From the IMG/VR virus record IMGVR_UViG_3300037558_002946: a DNA stretch of 25,013 bases, one strand, 5' to 3'. This DNA comes from a virus. Shown here in pieces: positions 22,816-25,013 of this stretch. The notes under the pieces were generated by a model that was not told the DNA's origin, ran no database searches, and saw only the letters and a list, made by a program, of their open reading frames with translations. The stretch's first letter is position 1; each line of letters starts with the position of its first letter. A program made the position numbers and the translations under genes.

Positions 22816-23369
22816 CCCATCTGAACGATAGCCTTTATTTTCTCGATCTCAGCCTTGAGCTCTTCCTCAGTAGGTTTACTCACCCTGCAATCCACGATCA
22901 TTTGCTTGAGCTTTGCAACCAATGCTTGCAATTGCCCTCTGATCTCCTTTCTTCTTCCGATTAGGATATTGGTTTTGTCGAGCACATTAATTGCAAATTC
23001 CAACGCAAGTTTTGCTTCATATATCTCCTTGAGGAACTCTACAAGATCATCTTGCTCATCCTTGCACTTGTCACATAGCGTAACGCCATCGTTGCGCAAC
23101 AACCAACCAGTGGGCACGGAAGTACTGTTCTCAACAACAACCTTCTTACCACACTTCAAGCACTCGTGTTCAGAGGTATAGGGAAACTTCAACTCTTTTG
23201 CAAAGCAACGAAGTTCGCTAAATTCTCCGAGAGTTCTTAAAACCTCATTCTTACAGTTTCCAGAGTGCTTGCACGCAGAATCTATGTTTGGTTCATAACG
23301 CCCGCAAATTATCTCCGCGACACTTTTGCCACGCTTGTAAACTTTAATAGCCTTGTACTTAGTTGGCAT
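22812..23369 (-). CDS. Zinc-ribbon plus coiled-coil hypothetical protein
   Basis: ECLKCG...LCDKC zinc ribbon followed by heptads. Confidence 0.65.
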   Translation of the reverse strand: MPTKYKAIKVYKRGKSVAEIICGRYEPNIDSACKHSGNCKNEVLRTLGEFSELRCFAKELKFPYTSEHECLKCGKKVVVENSTSVPTGWLLRNDGVTLCDKCKDEQDDLVEFLKEIYEAKLALEFAINVLDKTNILIGRRKEIRGQLQALVAKLKQMIVDCRVSKPTEEELKAEIEKIKAIVQMG

Positions 23370-23571
23370 TGCAAAGCCCCCTCACCAGCTTCCTAAACCC
23401 TTCATCCACAACCAAATCCTCGTACTCGACATCTATGTCGTACAATCCATCATCTCTGCGTTCCACTTCGAGGCTCACGAGCCTCGAGCCATATCGGCGG
23501 ATCTCTTCCAACACTGTTCGCTCGAGTTCCTCTAAACTAACTCCTGTCACGATATAGTTTCGAACCAACAT
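23359..23571 (-). CDS. Small acidic hypothetical protein (70 aa)
   Basis: Start re-assigned to ATG 23571 (GGAGGTGG RBS): MLVRNYIVTGVSLEELERTVLEE... Confidence 0.6.
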   Translation of the reverse strand: MLVRNYIVTGVSLEELERTVLEEIRRYGSRLVSLEVERRDDGLYDIDVEYEDLVVDEGFRKLVRGLCNAN

Positions 23572-24638
23572 GGCTCCACCTCCAATGGGGATGCCTGTGA
23601 AGGCGGAGCCATCGATGCATTCAGAAGGGTCTCCAAGGAAGAACCAGTAATGATCCAGATTCCATAGTGTCTGCAAAACTCCCATGCTGAATCGTAAACA
23701 CTGCCATCCACAACGAGCGCTGGAATTGCAAGATCACCATAGGCTTGTTTGACATCCAAGTAATATTCAGCGAGAAAACCTTTCGTAACTCTGAAATTGT
23801 ACTTAAACTCGAAAACAATCGTTATGCTTCCATGGAACCACTTTAGCCTTTTCCACTTGCCATTTACTTCTATGACTGGAATCGCGTAGGCAACGAGGTC
23901 AAAGATTCGAAGCTTTCCATTTGGCAATTGCTTCCTAACTTGTTTGTTGAATTCGAAGATCTGTATTGCGATTCTGTTTGTTTCAAAAAGAGTTGAGAGA
24001 GCTTCGTAAAGCAAGCTCTCGAACTCTCTGCCCTTCTTCATCGCCTCGTGCCTCTTCTGTATTGACAATTCGAGTTTCTCCTCGATTATCCTGTCAATGT
24101 TCTGTTCGAGTTCTGGACTGTAGTAGAATGTCGCATCGACATAGCGACCTTGGTACTTCTTGATATGTTTCGATGCCAACAAGCCATTGCGGATGTAGTT
24201 CTCGAGAGGTGTCAGATCCACAGTTCCATACTCGCTCCTGATGTCGTAGTTGCTCAAGATTTCCTTGCCATATTTTATTCTGTCGTAGATGTCAACAATT
24301 CTGTCTGGCAAGTTTTCGGCCAAGAATTGCTCGACAAGTCTGTCGTGGAGAGATGCGAGTTTGTGGCTGAAGTACAAGTAGAAGCGCTCGTTACCCCTCA
24401 AACTGATGATCCCCTTGCTTCTCGAAAGAGCTCCTTTTCTATAGAGAGATGACAGAGCTTCACTTATGCGCTTTTGATTCCCTTTGAAGTCCATCGAAGT
24501 GAAGTATGGTTTACCGAATTGCGATAATTGGTGGAGAATAGATTCGAGTGTAGATCCTGGATTCGTGTGCAACAAAACGCCATCGAGCTTGTAGACCCTC
24601 ATTCCCCCCTTGGTGTCCCTGACATGCTCGACAATCAT
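23547..24638 (-). CDS. Winged-helix plus Mrr-like PD-(D/E)XK endonuclease
   Basis: N-terminal wHTH (ISEALSSLYRKGALSR). C-terminal KGREFE...IFDLVA...VFEFKY...ALVV...AWEFCRHYGIWIITGSSLETLL follows the Mrr_cat pattern. Confidence 0.75.
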   Translation of the reverse strand: MIVEHVRDTKGGMRVYKLDGVLLHTNPGSTLESILHQLSQFGKPYFTSMDFKGNQKRISEALSSLYRKGALSRSKGIISLRGNERFYLYFSHKLASLHDRLVEQFLAENLPDRIVDIYDRIKYGKEILSNYDIRSEYGTVDLTPLENYIRNGLLASKHIKKYQGRYVDATFYYSPELEQNIDRIIEEKLELSIQKRHEAMKKGREFESLLYEALSTLFETNRIAIQIFEFNKQVRKQLPNGKLRIFDLVAYAIPVIEVNGKWKRLKWFHGSITIVFEFKYNFRVTKGFLAEYYLDVKQAYGDLAIPALVVDGSVYDSAWEFCRHYGIWIITGSSLETLLNASMAPPSQASPLEVEPCWFETIS

Positions 24639-24767
24639 TCACACCACCCGTGGTTCGCAAAAAGAGAAGTTCTTGCCTTTAAGCTCAAGGATTTTTGAGC
24701 AACTTTGCAAAACTGTGGCAACCTCTAAGTTAAGCTTAGCTACGCTTGAGAAGAGTTTGGATAACGA

Positions 24768-24840
24768 AGCCGCCGGCGGGATTTGAACCCGCGACCTGGT
24801 GATTACAAGTCACCCGCTCTGCCAGCTGAGCCACGGCGGC
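24768..24840 (-). tRNA. tRNA-Thr (anticodon UGU), intronless, CCA not encoded; probable integration target
   Basis: GCCGCCG/CGGCGGC acceptor stem, D-arm TGGCTCAGCTGGCAGAGC, anticodon arm GGTGA-CTTGTAA-TCACC, T-arm GCGGG-TTCAAAT-CCCGC, discriminator T. Confidence 0.97.
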
Positions 24841-24867
24841 ACTCTGCTTTCATTTTGATTCGGAGAG

Positions 24868-24881
24868 TTAATTAATTTTTT
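24868..24881 (-). promoter_or_regulatory. BRE/TATA promoter of the tRNA gene (AAAAAA-TTAATTAA)
   Basis: TATA-like octamer 27 nt upstream of the mature 5' end, preceded by a purine-rich BRE. Confidence 0.75.
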
Positions 24882-24884
24882 GCT

Positions 24885-25013
24885 TTACTCTAAGGTGCTC
24901 CTTTCAAAGGCAAACATCGCGATTCCAAGGAAAGCTAACGCAAGAAAACCAAGAATGGACAGATCAGTAGAAAGGGGAAAGACACCATCAACATCAGTAA
25001 GCATACTTCTCGC
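24885..25013 (-). CDS. C-terminus of a host membrane protein, probably an ABC-2 type permease (partial)
   Basis: ARSMLTDVDGVFPLSTDLSILGFLALAFLGIAMFAFERSTLE*; the final TM helix ending F-x-R is typical of ABC-2 permeases. Confidence 0.55.
   Translation of the reverse strand, partial: ARSMLTDVDGVFPLSTDLSILGFLALAFLGIAMFAFERSTLE

Larger units (their letters stand above)
1..24767 (-). mobile_element. Integrated head-tailed archaeal provirus, left end outside the window, right end at tRNA-Thr(UGU)
   Basis: Co-oriented terminase/portal/MuF/protease/capsid/neck genes plus an early replication/modification module, ending at a tRNA 3' end. Beyond the tRNA lies a host-like permease fragment. Confidence 0.92.

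Noticed and set aside
284-24452. Numerous plus-strand ORFs in the track (e.g. 4420..4773, 9023..9610, 21896..22738)
   Set aside because: Antisense shadows of well-supported minus-strand genes, with Ser/Leu/Phe-rich non-protein-like composition; only 10697..10978 has an independent locus and promoter.
24639-24840. SSV1/pTN3-type split integrase fragment overlapping the tRNA
   Set aside because: All three plus-strand frames stop before or within the att region (24737, 24762, 24784), and the minus strand shows no integrase-like ORF after the tRNA.
1-25013. CRISPR array, rRNA, IS element, intein or tRNA intron
   Set aside because: No regularly spaced repeats, transposase motifs, intein signatures or bulge-helix-bulge intron were seen; the anticodon loop is a normal 7 nt.

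Overview
This window is the right-hand ~24.8 kb of a head-tailed (HK97-fold, Caudoviricetes-like) archaeal provirus. It abuts the 3' end of a host tRNA-Thr(UGU) gene (24768-24840, minus strand) and runs off the left edge in the neck/tail genes. The host is most plausibly an Archaeoglobales hyperthermophile, inferred from the viral PCNA sequence, archaeal TATA/BRE promoters and GGAGG/GGTG RBSs. Nearly all genes are on the minus strand. The early region (24.6 to 11.0 kb) encodes a wHTH-Mrr-like nuclease, a KH-domain protein, PCNA, a DUF5131 radical SAM protein, a DEDD exonuclease, an Nmad1-like protein and a multi-wHTH putative replication initiator with intragenic iteron-like repeats. It ends in a putative DNA-modification block: PAPS-reductase-like protein, C5 methyltransferase, thioredoxin, TGT/DpdA-like transglycosylase and PD-(D/E)XK nuclease. 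Three of these enzymes and a small ORF beside pcn end in PIP-box-like motifs. A single plus-strand regulator with a perfect 20-bp inverted-repeat operator separates early from late genes. The late region encodes terminase, portal, a MuF protein with a C-terminal HExxH metallopeptidase toxin-like domain plus a candidate immunity gene, protease-scaffold, capsid and neck proteins. Four late units share a TTTAAA(A)GTC-N19/20-ATG promoter signature. No integrase, helicase, primase or polymerase is visible in the window. All annotations rest on motif recognition by eye; no database searches were run.
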